Assembly (NCBI GenBank): GCA_963815115.1
Contig: CAWFFN010000009.1
Coordinates: 288,001 to 352,000, forward strand
Direction of reading: 5' to 3'
Length of the DNA stretch: 64,000 bases
From: an uncultured delta proteobacterium
GTDB lineage: Bacteria; Desulfobacterota; Binatia; DP-6
Shown here: in pieces, positions 54,273 to 64,000 of the stretch
Layout of the letters: the number at the start of each line of letters is the position of its first letter
How positions within the stretch are numbered: position 1 is the stretch's first letter
Notes under the pieces: generated by a model
The model's database searches: none
What the model was told of the DNA's origin: nothing
What the model saw: only the letters and a program-made list of their open reading frames with translations
Made by a program: the position numbers and the translations under genes

Positions 54273-55505
54273 GTGACGATGGAGGTCATCCATGCCCAGT
54301 GCGCGGGGCTCGACGTACACAAGCAGACCGTGGTGGCCTGCGTGCGGATCACGGGCGCGGGGGGCGTGCGGCGCGAGGTGCGGACGTTTGCGACGACCGC
54401 CGCCGAGCTGCTGGCCTTGCAGGAGTGGCTGGTGGCCGCCGGCTGCACCCATGCCGTGCTGGAGTCGACGGGCGTCTACTGGAAACCCGTGTGGCACGTG
54501 CTCGAGGACCACCTGACCCTCGTGCTGGCCAACGCGACGGCGGTGCGCAATCTGCCCGGGCGCAAGAGCGACGTGAGCGACGCGCAGTGGCTCGCGGATC
54601 TGCTCGCCCATGGGCTGGTGCGCGGCAGCTTCGTGCCGCCCGCGCCGATTCAGGCGTTGCGCGAGCTGACGCGGACGCGCAAGCAGCTCGGGCGGGAGGT
54701 CACCGCCCACAGTCAGCGGATCGAGAAGGTGCTGGAGAGCGCGGACGTGAAGCTCGCCGCGGTGCTCCGCCCGCTGCTCGGCGTCAGCGGGCGGGCGATC
54801 ATCGCGGCCCTGGCGGCGGGCGAAACCGATCCCGAGCGCCTCGTGGCGTTAGCCCACCCGCGGCTGCGGCCGAAGCGGGCCGCGCTGCGGGCCGCGCTGC
54901 CCGGGCACGTCCGGCCGCATCATCGCGTCTTGCTGGGTCAGCACCTGCGGGTGGTCGAGACGCTGCGGGCGACGATCGCGGAGCTGGATGCCGCGATCGG
55001 GGCCGCCGTCGCCCCGTATCGCGCCGCCGTCGACCACCTCGTGACGATGCCCGGCGTGAGCACGACGGCGGCGCAGATCCTGGTCGCGGAGATCGGCACG
55101 GACATGAGCCGCTTCCCCAGCGCGGGGCATCTCGTCTCCTGGGCGGGGCTGTGTCCGCGCCAGGACGCGAGTGCGGGCAAGCACCGCTCCACGCGCCTCC
55201 GCAAGGGGGCGCCGTGGCTCAAGCCCGTGCTCATTCAGGGCGCGTGGGCAGCGGTGCGAGGCCGCGAGGGCTACCTCCGCACCCAGTTCCTGCGCCTCAA
55301 GCATCGCCGCGGTCCGATGAAGGCCATCGTCGCGGTGGCCGCCTCCATGCTCACCGCCGCCTATTACATGCTGCGCGACGACCAAGACTATCACGACCTC
55401 GGGGCCGCCCACTTCCAGCGCGGCGACCACAACCACCTCGTCGCCGGACTCACCCGCCGCCTCCACCACCTCGGTTACGAGGTCACGCTCCGCCCCGCCG
55501 CCTGA
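54273..55505 (+). CDS. IS110 DEDD recombinase/transposase
   Basis: GLDVHK, LESTGVYW, GRKSDVSDA, SWAGLCP...SAGK. Confidence 0.95.
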   Translation: MTMEVIHAQCAGLDVHKQTVVACVRITGAGGVRREVRTFATTAAELLALQEWLVAAGCTHAVLESTGVYWKPVWHVLEDHLTLVLANATAVRNLPGRKSDVSDAQWLADLLAHGLVRGSFVPPAPIQALRELTRTRKQLGREVTAHSQRIEKVLESADVKLAAVLRPLLGVSGRAIIAALAAGETDPERLVALAHPRLRPKRAALRAALPGHVRPHHRVLLGQHLRVVETLRATIAELDAAIGAAVAPYRAAVDHLVTMPGVSTTAAQILVAEIGTDMSRFPSAGHLVSWAGLCPRQDASAGKHRSTRLRKGAPWLKPVLIQGAWAAVRGREGYLRTQFLRLKHRRGPMKAIVAVAASMLTAAYYMLRDDQDYHDLGAAHFQRGDHNHLVAGLTRRLHHLGYEVTLRPAA

Positions 55506-55523
55506 CGCCGCGTACCGAGCGAG

Positions 55524-55910
55524 TTACTTGGTAGGCGGCGCAGTCTGCGCTTCGCTCCGCGTGCTCCGCGACGAGCCGGTGAGAGCGGCGATGCGTTCCT
55601 GGCACTGCCGTAGGAGGCAGTGACCATCCGCACCGCACGCAGCGTTGCGTTGCGATATCCATGCGCGCTGACTCGCTCGAACGGTCTTGAAGTCCTCGAA
55701 GGCGAGGATCCGCCGAAGGTCCTCGTAGACCTTGGACATGGCTTCATCGCAGTTGCGCACTTCAGGGCTAGTGCAGATGGTTAGCTCGGCGGGCTTGCGG
55801 GCCTTCGTACAGTCGATCGCGAGCGCCGTCTCGACCACGACGGCGAGCATACCGATGAGCGCCGCAATGACCGTCACGGACTGTGCGCGCCGGACAGGAT
55901 CGAGGGCCAT
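55524..55910 (-). pseudogene. LprI-like secreted protein interrupted by IS110
   Basis: Signal peptide, IDCTKARKPAELTIC...SQRAWISQRNAACGADGHCL. Confidence 0.8.
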
Positions 55911-56571
55911 GCGGTCTCCTCTCTCCGCCAGATGTAGCGGCGGCCCCGCAGCCGCACCCGCGTGGGGAATGCGCCGACAACAACGATGCGTCAAGCCCGC
56001 AGCCCCCGCCCACGCGGCACTGTACCAAGCCAACGGAGCTATGCGGACGGTGCAGCTTCAGGCCGCAGCGTTCGCCCGTCACCGGATCGGTGGCCTCGTA
56101 CGGATTCGCCACGAGCCCGGACCGGGCGCGGTCGTGAAGCGCGGAATGAACTCCAAGGGGTGCCTCGCGAGGAAGGCGCCAAACACAACAGCCCCGAGCA
56201 CTACGATCTCCATGAGGCGGCCCGGTGCAGCCTCCGAGCCTCGCTCAGCCGCGGGTAGCACGCGCACGTGGTTTCGCGGCTGGTTGGTCGGGCGTCATAG
56301 TCCGTCGGACGCGACTGCTGCCGCGCCGCTGAACAAGTCGTGGCTTGTCGGTCCATCCGCAGCTTTCGCACACCGAACGGTATGGATGACCGACCGCGAT
56401 CTCCGGCATGTACACTGACGCGATTCGGTAGGACGAACACCCTGGGCACCGATCGGGCGACGAGCGGAACCGGGATCACCACGGGCGGTGCCCACATCAA
56501 CAACCAACAGCTCTCGACCCAAGGGATATAGAGAAGAGGCGACGACCTTCTCGCGCAACGCTTCGCCGGGG

Positions 56572-56990
56572 CAAGCTCGACCGCCTGACGCGGTCGCTGA
56601 GCGACTTCGCGCACCTGATGGACCGCGCGCACCGCGAGGGTTGGGCACTCGTGGCGCTCGATCTCAACGTGGACACCACAACACCAGCGGGTGAGTTGCT
56701 CGCGAATGTGATGGCGACCGTCAATCAGTTCGAGCGGCGTGTAATCGCACAGCGAACGCGGGACGCGCTCGCTGTGTTGAAGCAGCGGGGCGTTCGACTT
56801 GGCAGCCCCCGACTGCGGGCTGGTCGCACGAGCGAGCGGGTGCGCAGGCGAATCCTCCGGCTGCGCGCGAGGGGGATGAGCTACCCGAAAATCGCGGCTC
56901 TGCTAAACCGTCAGGACAGCGTTCGGCGTTCGGCGGCCGGTGCTGGTATCCGGCGTCCGTCCGCGCCGTCGCGTTGCGCGTGGCGTAGCC
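56572..56990 (+). pseudogene. Small serine resolvase remnant
   Basis: KLDRLTRS...DTTTPAGEL...FERRVIAQRTRDAL...GVRLG, HTH frameshifted; catalytic N-terminus missing. Confidence 0.8.
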
Positions 56991-57069
56991 GACTCCGGAG
57001 AACACCGGAAGGAGATTCCATCGGCCAAGGTCCTGCGTCGGCTCCGCTGGGGCGGGCACTCCGCTAGGT

Positions 57070-57186
57070 GCAGAGCGGCACGTCGCTGAACGCGATCCAG
57101 CAGCTCCTCGGGCACCGCTCGCTGCACACGACCAGCGTCTACCTCCAGCACATCGCGCCGGCGGCGGCCGTCGCCCAGGGCGTTGA
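57070..57186 (+). pseudogene. Tyrosine recombinase C-terminal remnant
   Basis: SLNAIQQLLGHRSLHTTSVYL (LGH...T..Y box II). Confidence 0.7.
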
Positions 57187-57230
57187 CGCGCACGGCCCGC
57201 TCGCGCTACCGCGCCCTCTGGGCTCGATCC

Positions 57231-58367
57231 ATGCCGGTTCGCGATGACACCACGCCGCTCGACGTCGTTCGCGTCGCGATCGTCGGCTGCGGGCGCATCG
57301 CCGACTTGCAGGTCCTCGGATACCTCGACCACCCGCACGCGCGCCTCGTCGCGGTCTGTGACACCGACGAGGCGCTCGCCGTACGCCGCGCCGATGAATG
57401 GGGTGCGCGCCCGTACACGCGGCTCGAGCGCCTGCTCGCCGATCCGGACGTCGACGCCGTTGACGTCCTGACGCCGCACCATCTGCACGCCGAGCACGCG
57501 ATCGCGGCCCTCGATGCCGGCAAGCACGTCTCGCTCCAGAAGCCGCCGACGCGAACGCTTCGCGAGCTCGACGCCGTCGCGGTCGCCGCCGCGCGGTCGG
57601 GGCGCACGCTTCGGGTGTTCGATAACTTCGCGCACTACCCGCCGCACCGCAAGGCGAAGGAGCTGGTCGTCGCAGGCGCCGTCGGGGAGCCGCTGTCGGT
57701 GCGCCTCAAGACCGCCGCGGGGCGGCCGGGCGACGGCTGGCCCGTCGAGGAGCGCTCACAGCGCTGGCGCGTCGATCCGGCGCTGTGCGGCGGCGGCCCG
57801 ACGACGTTCGACCACGGCTATCACTGCTACTCGATGGCGCGGTTCTTCATGCCGGTCGACGTCGCCCGCGTGCACGCGTTCGTGCACTGGACTGAGGTCG
57901 GGCCGAATGCGTGGTACGACGGACCGGCGCTCGTCTCGTGGCAGTACGACGGCGATCTCCCGCGCTTCGGCTCGTGGGAGGTGATCGCGTCGCTCGGCAT
58001 GCGCGTGCGCTCGAAGTACTACGTGAGCGACGACCGCATCGAGATCCACGGAAGCGAGGGCGTCGTTTGGGTGAACCGCTGCACGGGACGGCTCCTCGAC
58101 GAGCCGTCGGTCGTCCTCTACCGCGACGGAGAGACCCGCGCGTTCCACGATCTCGAGACCGACTGGGCGGCCTCGTTCCGGGACGGCGCCCACGACTTCG
58201 TCGATGCGCTCCGAGAGCGACGCGCGCCGGCGCAGGAGGTCGCCGACGCCCGCTGCACGCTCGCGATGGCGCTCGCCGTCGCACGGAGCGCACGCGAGCA
58301 CCGCGAGGTCGCGCTGCGCGAGATCACGGACGAGGCCGATCGGATTCCCGACGCCGTGTCGAAATGA
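57231..58367 (+). CDS. Gfo/Idh/MocA oxidoreductase
   Basis: VAIVGCGRIA, LTPHHLH, GKHVSLQKP, DHGYH. Confidence 0.9.
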   Translation: MPVRDDTTPLDVVRVAIVGCGRIADLQVLGYLDHPHARLVAVCDTDEALAVRRADEWGARPYTRLERLLADPDVDAVDVLTPHHLHAEHAIAALDAGKHVSLQKPPTRTLRELDAVAVAAARSGRTLRVFDNFAHYPPHRKAKELVVAGAVGEPLSVRLKTAAGRPGDGWPVEERSQRWRVDPALCGGGPTTFDHGYHCYSMARFFMPVDVARVHAFVHWTEVGPNAWYDGPALVSWQYDGDLPRFGSWEVIASLGMRVRSKYYVSDDRIEIHGSEGVVWVNRCTGRLLDEPSVVLYRDGETRAFHDLETDWAASFRDGAHDFVDALRERRAPAQEVADARCTLAMALAVARSAREHREVALREITDEADRIPDAVSK

Positions 58368-58790
58368 ACGGCGGCGGCGATCCGCGCGGCGTCGGCCAAC
58401 GGCTGATGGAATCGGCGCCGGTGGTCGCCCTGTACGAAAGCCGTCTCTGGCGCCGCAACCCGCTCGTCGAGGCGGCGCTGGGCATTGCGTTCGACGACGA
58501 GCTCGCGCGCATCGGGAGGGCCGCACGCGTCGACGAGGCGTCGCGTTCGGGATCTCGCCTGCGGACCGGGTATCTCTGCGCGACCGTTCGCCCGGCGTCT
58601 TCCGAGCGGCCGCGTCGTCGGTCTCGACGTCTCGGAGGCCGATGCTCGCCTACGCCGAGCGACGCCGCCAAGCCGAGGGGCTCACGAACCTCCACCTCGT
58701 CCGCGGCTCGGCCTCGACCTGTCTTTTGCCGCCGCGACGTTCGATGTCGTCAACTGCTGTGTTGCACTGCACTTGTTCCCTCCTTACGGA
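58364..58790 (+). pseudogene. Frameshifted SAM methyltransferase
   Basis: DLACGPG, GLDVSEA and FDVVNCCVALHLFP split over several frames, then truncated. Confidence 0.7.
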
Positions 58791-58891
58791 ACAGCAGCGG
58801 GCTGGTAGACGCGCCGGGCAGACGGCTGGTAGCCCGAGGGGCGAATTGCCCCTTCGTGCGCCGTTCCCTCAGTTGCGCACGGCTCGACGGA

Positions 58892-59075
58892 CTACTGCTT
58901 CGCTGGTCGCCATCCGGCAGCTTGCGCCTCCGCCTCGGAACAGAACCACCGCTCGCCGCGCGCGGGATCGATCACCGTGTTCGCGTAGGACCGGCCGCCG
59001 GGCACGTGGTAGCTGCGCTCGCCCTTCGAATTGATGTTGCCCTTGATGTCGCATCCGCTGCGATGGGATTCAGGC
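58892..59075 (-). pseudogene. C-terminal fragment of a thermonuclease-associated domain
   Basis: CDIKGNINSKGERSYHVPGGRSY...ERWFCSEAEAQAAGWR. Confidence 0.7.
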
Positions 59076-59178
59076 AGCAGCCCGAGCGTGCTCGTCCCTC
59101 GTGCGAGCGCGCGCGCACCTTGCCGACCGTGGACCTCACGGGTACGCTCAGCGAGAGCGACAGCGCCGAGGTACAAAC

Positions 59179-60138
59179 GTGGACCTGCTGGAAAACGCCG
59201 TAGAGTCGATCAAGGTCGGTGTCGAGGACTACCAGATGGGAAAGCACCCGCGTCTGCTCTCCGCCGTCCGGAACATCCACGCCGGCATCCTTCTCCTCTA
59301 CAAGGAGGTGCTGCGGCGCCACTCCCCTCCGGGCACCAACGACGTCTTCGTCAAGGCTCGAATCCACCCCCTCATCGCTTCTGACGGCAGCGTTGCGTCC
59401 CTTGTGGGGAAGGGCAGGAAGACGGCGACCTCGCAGCAGATCAAGGAACGCTTCGGGTGGCTCGGTCTGACGACGGACTGGACACGTCTGGAGCAGATCA
59501 AGGACGTCCGCAACGATATCGAGCACTACTTCGCGACAGCGACGCAAGCTGCACTTGAGGGCGTCATCTCGGACGCGTGCCTCATCACGCGCGACTTCGT
59601 TGTCCGACATCTCAACAGCGATCCTCGCCTGCTGCTGGGCGACGCGACCTGGGAGACGATGCTCGACGTGGCGGCGGTCCATGAGGCGGAACGTGAAGCC
59701 TGCGAGAAGGCACTGGACGAGGTCGGGTGGCAGTCCGATGCTCTCGATGCCGGCGTGCATCATCTCTCGTGCACCAAGTGCGGCTCCGACCTTCTCCGAC
59801 CGGAGGGCGCCTCCGATGTGAACTACGGGGTGGATGTGGACCTCGTCTGTAGCGCGTGCGGCGCGCGCGAGGCTCCGGAGGACTACGTGTCGAAGGCCGT
59901 ATCCGAGGCGCTTGAGGGCGCGCGTTACATCGCGATGACGGACGGAGGGGATACCCCCTACGTCGAATGCCCGGAGTGCTTCAATGAGGCGTACATCATC
60001 GAGGAGGAACGGTGCGCCCTGTGCGGGCATGAGGCAGAGCATTCGTGTGCTTCCTGCGGGAGCCGCATCCCGCCCGAAGAACTGGAGTCGTCGCCGCTCT
60101 GCGGCTGGTGCCACCACATGGTGTCGAAGGACGACTAG
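59179..60138 (+). CDS. HEPN-motif protein with C-terminal zinc ribbons
   Basis: GAGG RBS + GTG; RNDIEH (Rx4H); CTKC, CSAC, CPEC, CALC, CASC, CGWC. Confidence 0.75.
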   Translation: MDLLENAVESIKVGVEDYQMGKHPRLLSAVRNIHAGILLLYKEVLRRHSPPGTNDVFVKARIHPLIASDGSVASLVGKGRKTATSQQIKERFGWLGLTTDWTRLEQIKDVRNDIEHYFATATQAALEGVISDACLITRDFVVRHLNSDPRLLLGDATWETMLDVAAVHEAEREACEKALDEVGWQSDALDAGVHHLSCTKCGSDLLRPEGASDVNYGVDVDLVCSACGAREAPEDYVSKAVSEALEGARYIAMTDGGDTPYVECPECFNEAYIIEEERCALCGHEAEHSCASCGSRIPPEELESSPLCGWCHHMVSKDD

Positions 60139-60505
60139 CAGTCGGCGGTCCGCGCTTCCTCACGGACGGGGGATGAATCACCGGAAGAGCCGTCCGCCAA
60201 GCTCGCGGCCCGACAGGGATGCTCAAGGCTGCCTGTAGGCACGAAGATCAGATCGCGTTGATTGCGCGACGTGATCGCCGCCTCACAGTGGCAGGCAGTC
60301 GAGTTCCATCCGTAGTCGCGTCACTGAAGACGTCCCAGTCGGACTGGGCTCTTGCGGCCGAATGGCGCCCAGAAGCAGTAGGCGGCCGAGACGCCGTTAT
60401 CTGAGTTGCGCATACCCGACACCGCGCTACGACAGATCCGGACGCCCGTCCCGCCCATCATCCCGGCGGCCCACGCGTCCCGGCCGCCGCGAAGGAGTTC
60501 GCAGC

Positions 60506-60868
60506 ATGATCGAGCGCATCCCGGGTCTCCCCGAGAACGTCCTTGGCTTCGCGGCCAGCGGCAGGGTCACTGCAGACGACTACGAGTCGGTCCTCATTCC
60601 CGCGGTCGAGTCGGTGCTCGCGCACCGGGAGAAGGTCCGCTTCCTCTACCACATTGGCAAGGGCTGCTCGGGCTTCGAGGCCGGCGCCATGTGGGACGAC
60701 GCCAAGGTCGGGCTGCGACACCTCGCGAGCTGGGAGCGGGTGGCGGTCGTCACGGACATCGAGTGGATCCGCGCCGCCGTGAAGGTCTTCGGCATCCTCA
60801 TGCCGGGCCATGTGCGCGTGTTCCATAACAGCGAGCTAGACCAGGCCATGCGCTGGGTTAGTGAGTGA
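60506..60868 (+). CDS. SpoIIAA-like (STAS/SEC14) protein
   Basis: GRVTADDY...AMWDDAKVG...ERVAVVTDIEWI. Confidence 0.88.
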   Translation: MIERIPGLPENVLGFAASGRVTADDYESVLIPAVESVLAHREKVRFLYHIGKGCSGFEAGAMWDDAKVGLRHLASWERVAVVTDIEWIRAAVKVFGILMPGHVRVFHNSELDQAMRWVSE

Positions 60869-61047
60869 CCAGTTGCGGAGCTGTGTGACAAGTCGCAAGC
60901 GACTTCGGCGCCGACTCGTACATCTTCGACCAGCGATTGGAGGCACCTTCTCGGTCGCTGACGAACCTGCGGCGCAGGAAGTGCTTGCGGCTTGGGGCTA
61001 GAGTTGTCGCGATCAAGCTGTCCCTGTAGTTTCCCGCCTGAGGGGAC

Positions 61048-62325
61048 ATGCGCCCGCTCAACCAGACCGCACATCCATGGGGGCTCAACCGGCTGGCGCT
61101 CGCGCGGCGGATCTTGACCTTGCTGCTCGCCGTGGCGATTGAGCCACTCGCCTCCGCGACCGAGGTGCCGCTCGTCAAAACCGGGGGCGGCGTGTACGCC
61201 GTGCCCGTGCAGATCAACGGGGCGATCACGCTCAACTTCATCGTCGACTCGGGGGCTGCGGAGGTGAACATTCCAGGGGATGTGGTGATGACCCTTATCC
61301 GGGCGAACACCATCGCACCGTCGGACTTCTTGCCGGGGGCGACGTTGGTCCTTGCCGACGGGACGCGCGTGCAGAGTGCGCGATTTACGATCCGCAAGGT
61401 ACGTATCGGCGACCGTGTCATTCAGAACGTCGCGGCCACCATCGGGGACGTCACAGGTTCGCTCTTGCTGGGGCAGAGCGTGCTGGAGCGCTTGGGTCGA
61501 TGGAGCTTCGATTCGGGCCGTGGTGTGATGGTCCTCGGTGAACCAGGAAGTGCCGCCGAGTCGACTAGTCCCGTGCCGGTCTCACCAACGCCGGCGACTC
61601 AGGGCTGCGAAGACTGGCGCTCGGCACCCCCCACATGCGCCGTGGGGTTTGTGCGTCAGTACTACGAGAATCTCTCGGGCGGGAACTGCGAGGCCGCCGG
61701 GATGCAGTGGGGCGTTCGCGGCGAGCAGCGGCGAGTGCAGTGCGCGAAGGCGTCCTCCGCCTTCCACGTGCAGAGCATCGCCCTGACGCGGGCAGACCCG
61801 AGCGGAGTTGACGTGGCAGTCCACGCCTACGAGGTAGCCAAATCCGGCGGTGGACTCCTGACGTCCTGGTCCCTGGGGCTTCGGCTCGTACCCGGCAACC
61901 CGTGGTCGATCGTCGACCTCAAAGGAACTAAAGTCGCCTCGGTGGCGGCCGCGGCGCCGGTGGCTCCCGCACCGGCCGCGGAATGCGCCGACTGGCGCTC
62001 GGCACCACCGAGCTGTGCGGTGGGATTCGTGCGCACCTACTTCGAGGACCTTTCCCGCGGGGATTGCGATGCGGCCATGGCGAAGTGGAGCAGTCCCCCT
62101 CGCCAGACGCGGGAGCTGTGCCGACGGGCGTCGTCGGCGTTTCAGCTCGCAGATGTCTCCGTTGCACGGGTGGATGGCAGTGCGGTCAGCGTGGCAGTCC
62201 GAGCGATGGAGGTCGACAAAGACCGCGGGGGCATGGTCGCCTGCTGGCAGCTCACCGTTCGCCTTATGCGCGGCGCACCTTGGTCGATCAGCGGCCTGAA
62301 CGGCACCCGGTGCCACGATCGCTGA
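61048..62325 (+). CDS. Secreted retropepsin-like aspartic protease with two tandem C-terminal domains
   Basis: FIVDSGA, LLGQSVL; repeated C.DWRSAPP.CAVGFVR.Y.E.LS.G.C units. Confidence 0.82.
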   Translation: MRPLNQTAHPWGLNRLALARRILTLLLAVAIEPLASATEVPLVKTGGGVYAVPVQINGAITLNFIVDSGAAEVNIPGDVVMTLIRANTIAPSDFLPGATLVLADGTRVQSARFTIRKVRIGDRVIQNVAATIGDVTGSLLLGQSVLERLGRWSFDSGRGVMVLGEPGSAAESTSPVPVSPTPATQGCEDWRSAPPTCAVGFVRQYYENLSGGNCEAAGMQWGVRGEQRRVQCAKASSAFHVQSIALTRADPSGVDVAVHAYEVAKSGGGLLTSWSLGLRLVPGNPWSIVDLKGTKVASVAAAAPVAPAPAAECADWRSAPPSCAVGFVRTYFEDLSRGDCDAAMAKWSSPPRQTRELCRRASSAFQLADVSVARVDGSAVSVAVRAMEVDKDRGGMVACWQLTVRLMRGAPWSISGLNGTRCHDR

Positions 62326-63470
62326 GCATCATCCGCAGCGCGCCTCTTCGGGCGCTCTTTGCTGCATGCCTGTGCGCCAGTTCCTGCCTCTGCCCGGCGA
62401 TCATTGGAGCGGAAGACCCTCACGGCCCCGGCGCATCGTCAGTGCGCGGCGTCTCTCGTGATCCGAGCCCGATGCACTCCGGCTCGCAGCTCGTGCTCGA
62501 CCGCCTCTGGAGCCCGGAGGCCCTGCGGGGCACCGAGGCCGACGCGCGCATCCGACGCCTCGCGAGTCCTGACACCACCCCGCCACATGCGCCGGGTGTG
62601 CAGATATTCCCGTCGCTCCTTGGCGCGGGAGCACGCACCACCATTCGCCGTGCGCACCTACGCGGCGACGAGAAGCTTCTCGCGCTCACGTTCGACTTGT
62701 GCGAAACCGAGGATGAGGTCACGGGCTACCAGGCGGCTGTCGTGAACTACCTGCGTGACGCTCATGTGCGCGCGACCTTCTTTGCCGGCGGGAAATGGAT
62801 GCGGTCCCATCCGGAGAAGACAATGCAGCTCATGGCTGATCCACTCTTCGAGGTGGGCAACCATAGCTGGAGCCATCGCAACCTCCGGCAGGCGACCGAT
62901 GAGGTCGTGGAGCACGAGATACTGTGGCCTCAATGGGAGTACGGGCTCCTCTGGGAGGAACTCGCGCATCGCGCGACCCAGGCTGGGCTGCCAGCGGCCG
63001 AAATGGGCAAGATTCCGTCGGTGCCCCGGTTGTTTCGCTTCCCATTCGGCGCTTGCAACGACGCGGCGCTGGCAGCCGTTGCGGACGCGGGCCTCCGCGC
63101 GATCCAGTGGAGCATCGTGACGGGCGACCCGGCTCCTGAGCAAACCGCATCGGCGATCGTGCGCACGGTACTCGGCGAGGCGACACCGGGCTCGATCGTC
63201 ATATTCCATGCCAACGGACGGGGGCATGGAACGGCCGAGGCGCTACGGGAAATCGTTCCCGTACTGCGTGACAAGGGCTACACCTTTGTGACCGTGAGCG
63301 AGTTGCTGGAGCGCTCGGACAATCTTGTGACAACCCCCGAGTGCTATGAACTGCGGCCGGGTGACAATCTACGATACGACCATCCCCTCCGGGCCGGTCG
63401 CGCGGCCTCGGGCGGGCCGCCCCGAGGAAAGGGGCGGGGTGCTCCCGAGGTTGTTCCGGCCCCCGACTAG
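62322..63470 (+). CDS. Secreted polysaccharide deacetylase; probable CTG start
   Basis: ALTFD, ATFF, GNHSWSH, FRFPFG, IVIFHAN, FVTVSELL; signal peptide follows 62322. Confidence 0.85.
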   Translation: MSIIRSAPLRALFAACLCASSCLCPAIIGAEDPHGPGASSVRGVSRDPSPMHSGSQLVLDRLWSPEALRGTEADARIRRLASPDTTPPHAPGVQIFPSLLGAGARTTIRRAHLRGDEKLLALTFDLCETEDEVTGYQAAVVNYLRDAHVRATFFAGGKWMRSHPEKTMQLMADPLFEVGNHSWSHRNLRQATDEVVEHEILWPQWEYGLLWEELAHRATQAGLPAAEMGKIPSVPRLFRFPFGACNDAALAAVADAGLRAIQWSIVTGDPAPEQTASAIVRTVLGEATPGSIVIFHANGRGHGTAEALREIVPVLRDKGYTFVTVSELLERSDNLVTTPECYELRPGDNLRYDHPLRAGRAASGGPPRGKGRGAPEVVPAPD

Positions 63471-63595
63471 GTCGGTCCTCATCTCCCGGCTTACGTCGAT
63501 CAGTAACGCATCCTCAGGTCGGGACCGATCGTCGCTTAGCTCCCCGCGGCGGGCTCTCCGCGTTCCCGAACCTGTGTTGTCACAGGAGGACCGCC

Positions 63596-64000
63596 CGTGC
63601 CTGCACGGGCGCCCTCTGACGACCGCAATCCCGCTGCTGGCCGCAGTCGCCACCGGTGTGGCATGCGGCAGCCCGTCCCCGTCGCCGGAGGTGTCGTTCC
63701 CAACGGCGGACGGTGGCACGGTGGTGGCCGACTTCTACGCCGCCAGCGGCTCCGACGGCGTCGTGCTCGCCCACGGCGCTGCCTTCGACAAGGCGAGCTG
63801 GATGCACCTGGCTCGTGGGCCGCGGGCATCAGGTGCTGGCCATCGATTTCCGGCGGCTACGGACGCTCCACGGCGGGCACGGACTCCCACGCGCTGTTCG
63901 AGGACGTGCTCGCGGCGGTGCGCTACCTCCACGGCCGCCGCGCGACGCGCGTCGCGGTGCTCGGTGCGAGCATGGGCGGTGGCGCTGGCGTGCTCGACCC
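63596..64000 (+). pseudogene. Frameshifted alpha/beta hydrolase (runs off right edge)
   Basis: VVLAHG, VLAIDF/RGYG and GASMGG lie in different frames. Confidence 0.65.

Larger units (their letters stand above)
54089..55534 (+). mobile_element. Complete IS110-family element
   Basis: AG dinucleotide at both junctions; removing the element restores an in-frame minus-strand ORF; ~190-bp non-coding left end. Confidence 0.85.

Noticed and set aside
52343-55534. 1063-aa ORF suggesting an LSR-IS110 fusion protein
   Set aside because: After ~530 aa it reads through att, IS91 and repeat DNA and then an alternative frame of the IS110 gene; the tail is Arg/Gly-rich shadow sequence.

Overview
GC-rich (~70%) bacterial DNA; gene order and protein style suggest a Deltaproteobacteria-like lineage such as Candidatus Binatia (inference only). 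Bases 1-29,400 are mostly core genome: ffh-rpsP-khpA-rimM-trmD-SPOUT methylase-rplS, groES-groEL, a peptidoglycan-recycling cluster (LD-carboxypeptidase, serine hydrolase, mpl, lytic transglycosylase), yggS-proC-yggT-yggU, hydantoinase/oxoprolinase A+B, tRNA-Val(CAC), an acyl-CoA dehydrogenase pair and transporters. From ~29,470 to the end it is a mosaic accessory region: two Phd-VapC toxin-antitoxin pairs, many truncated genes, IS3/IS5/IS91/IS110 remnants, a complete IS110 with a candidate bridge-RNA end, a large serine recombinase (LSR) mini-element inside an IS91-type transposase motif, glnK-amtB, a CLC channel, methyltransferases, a MerR module, a HEPN-motif zinc-finger protein and secreted repeat proteins. 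The most notable structures are three copies of a ~90-bp oriIS-like junction element that join unrelated DNA, the LSR element whose att site lies in its own ORF and whose two flanks both encode the FGxDxL motif, and three genes that appear to start at CTG overlapping the upstream stop (CTGA). All calls are from reading the sequence; no searches were run.
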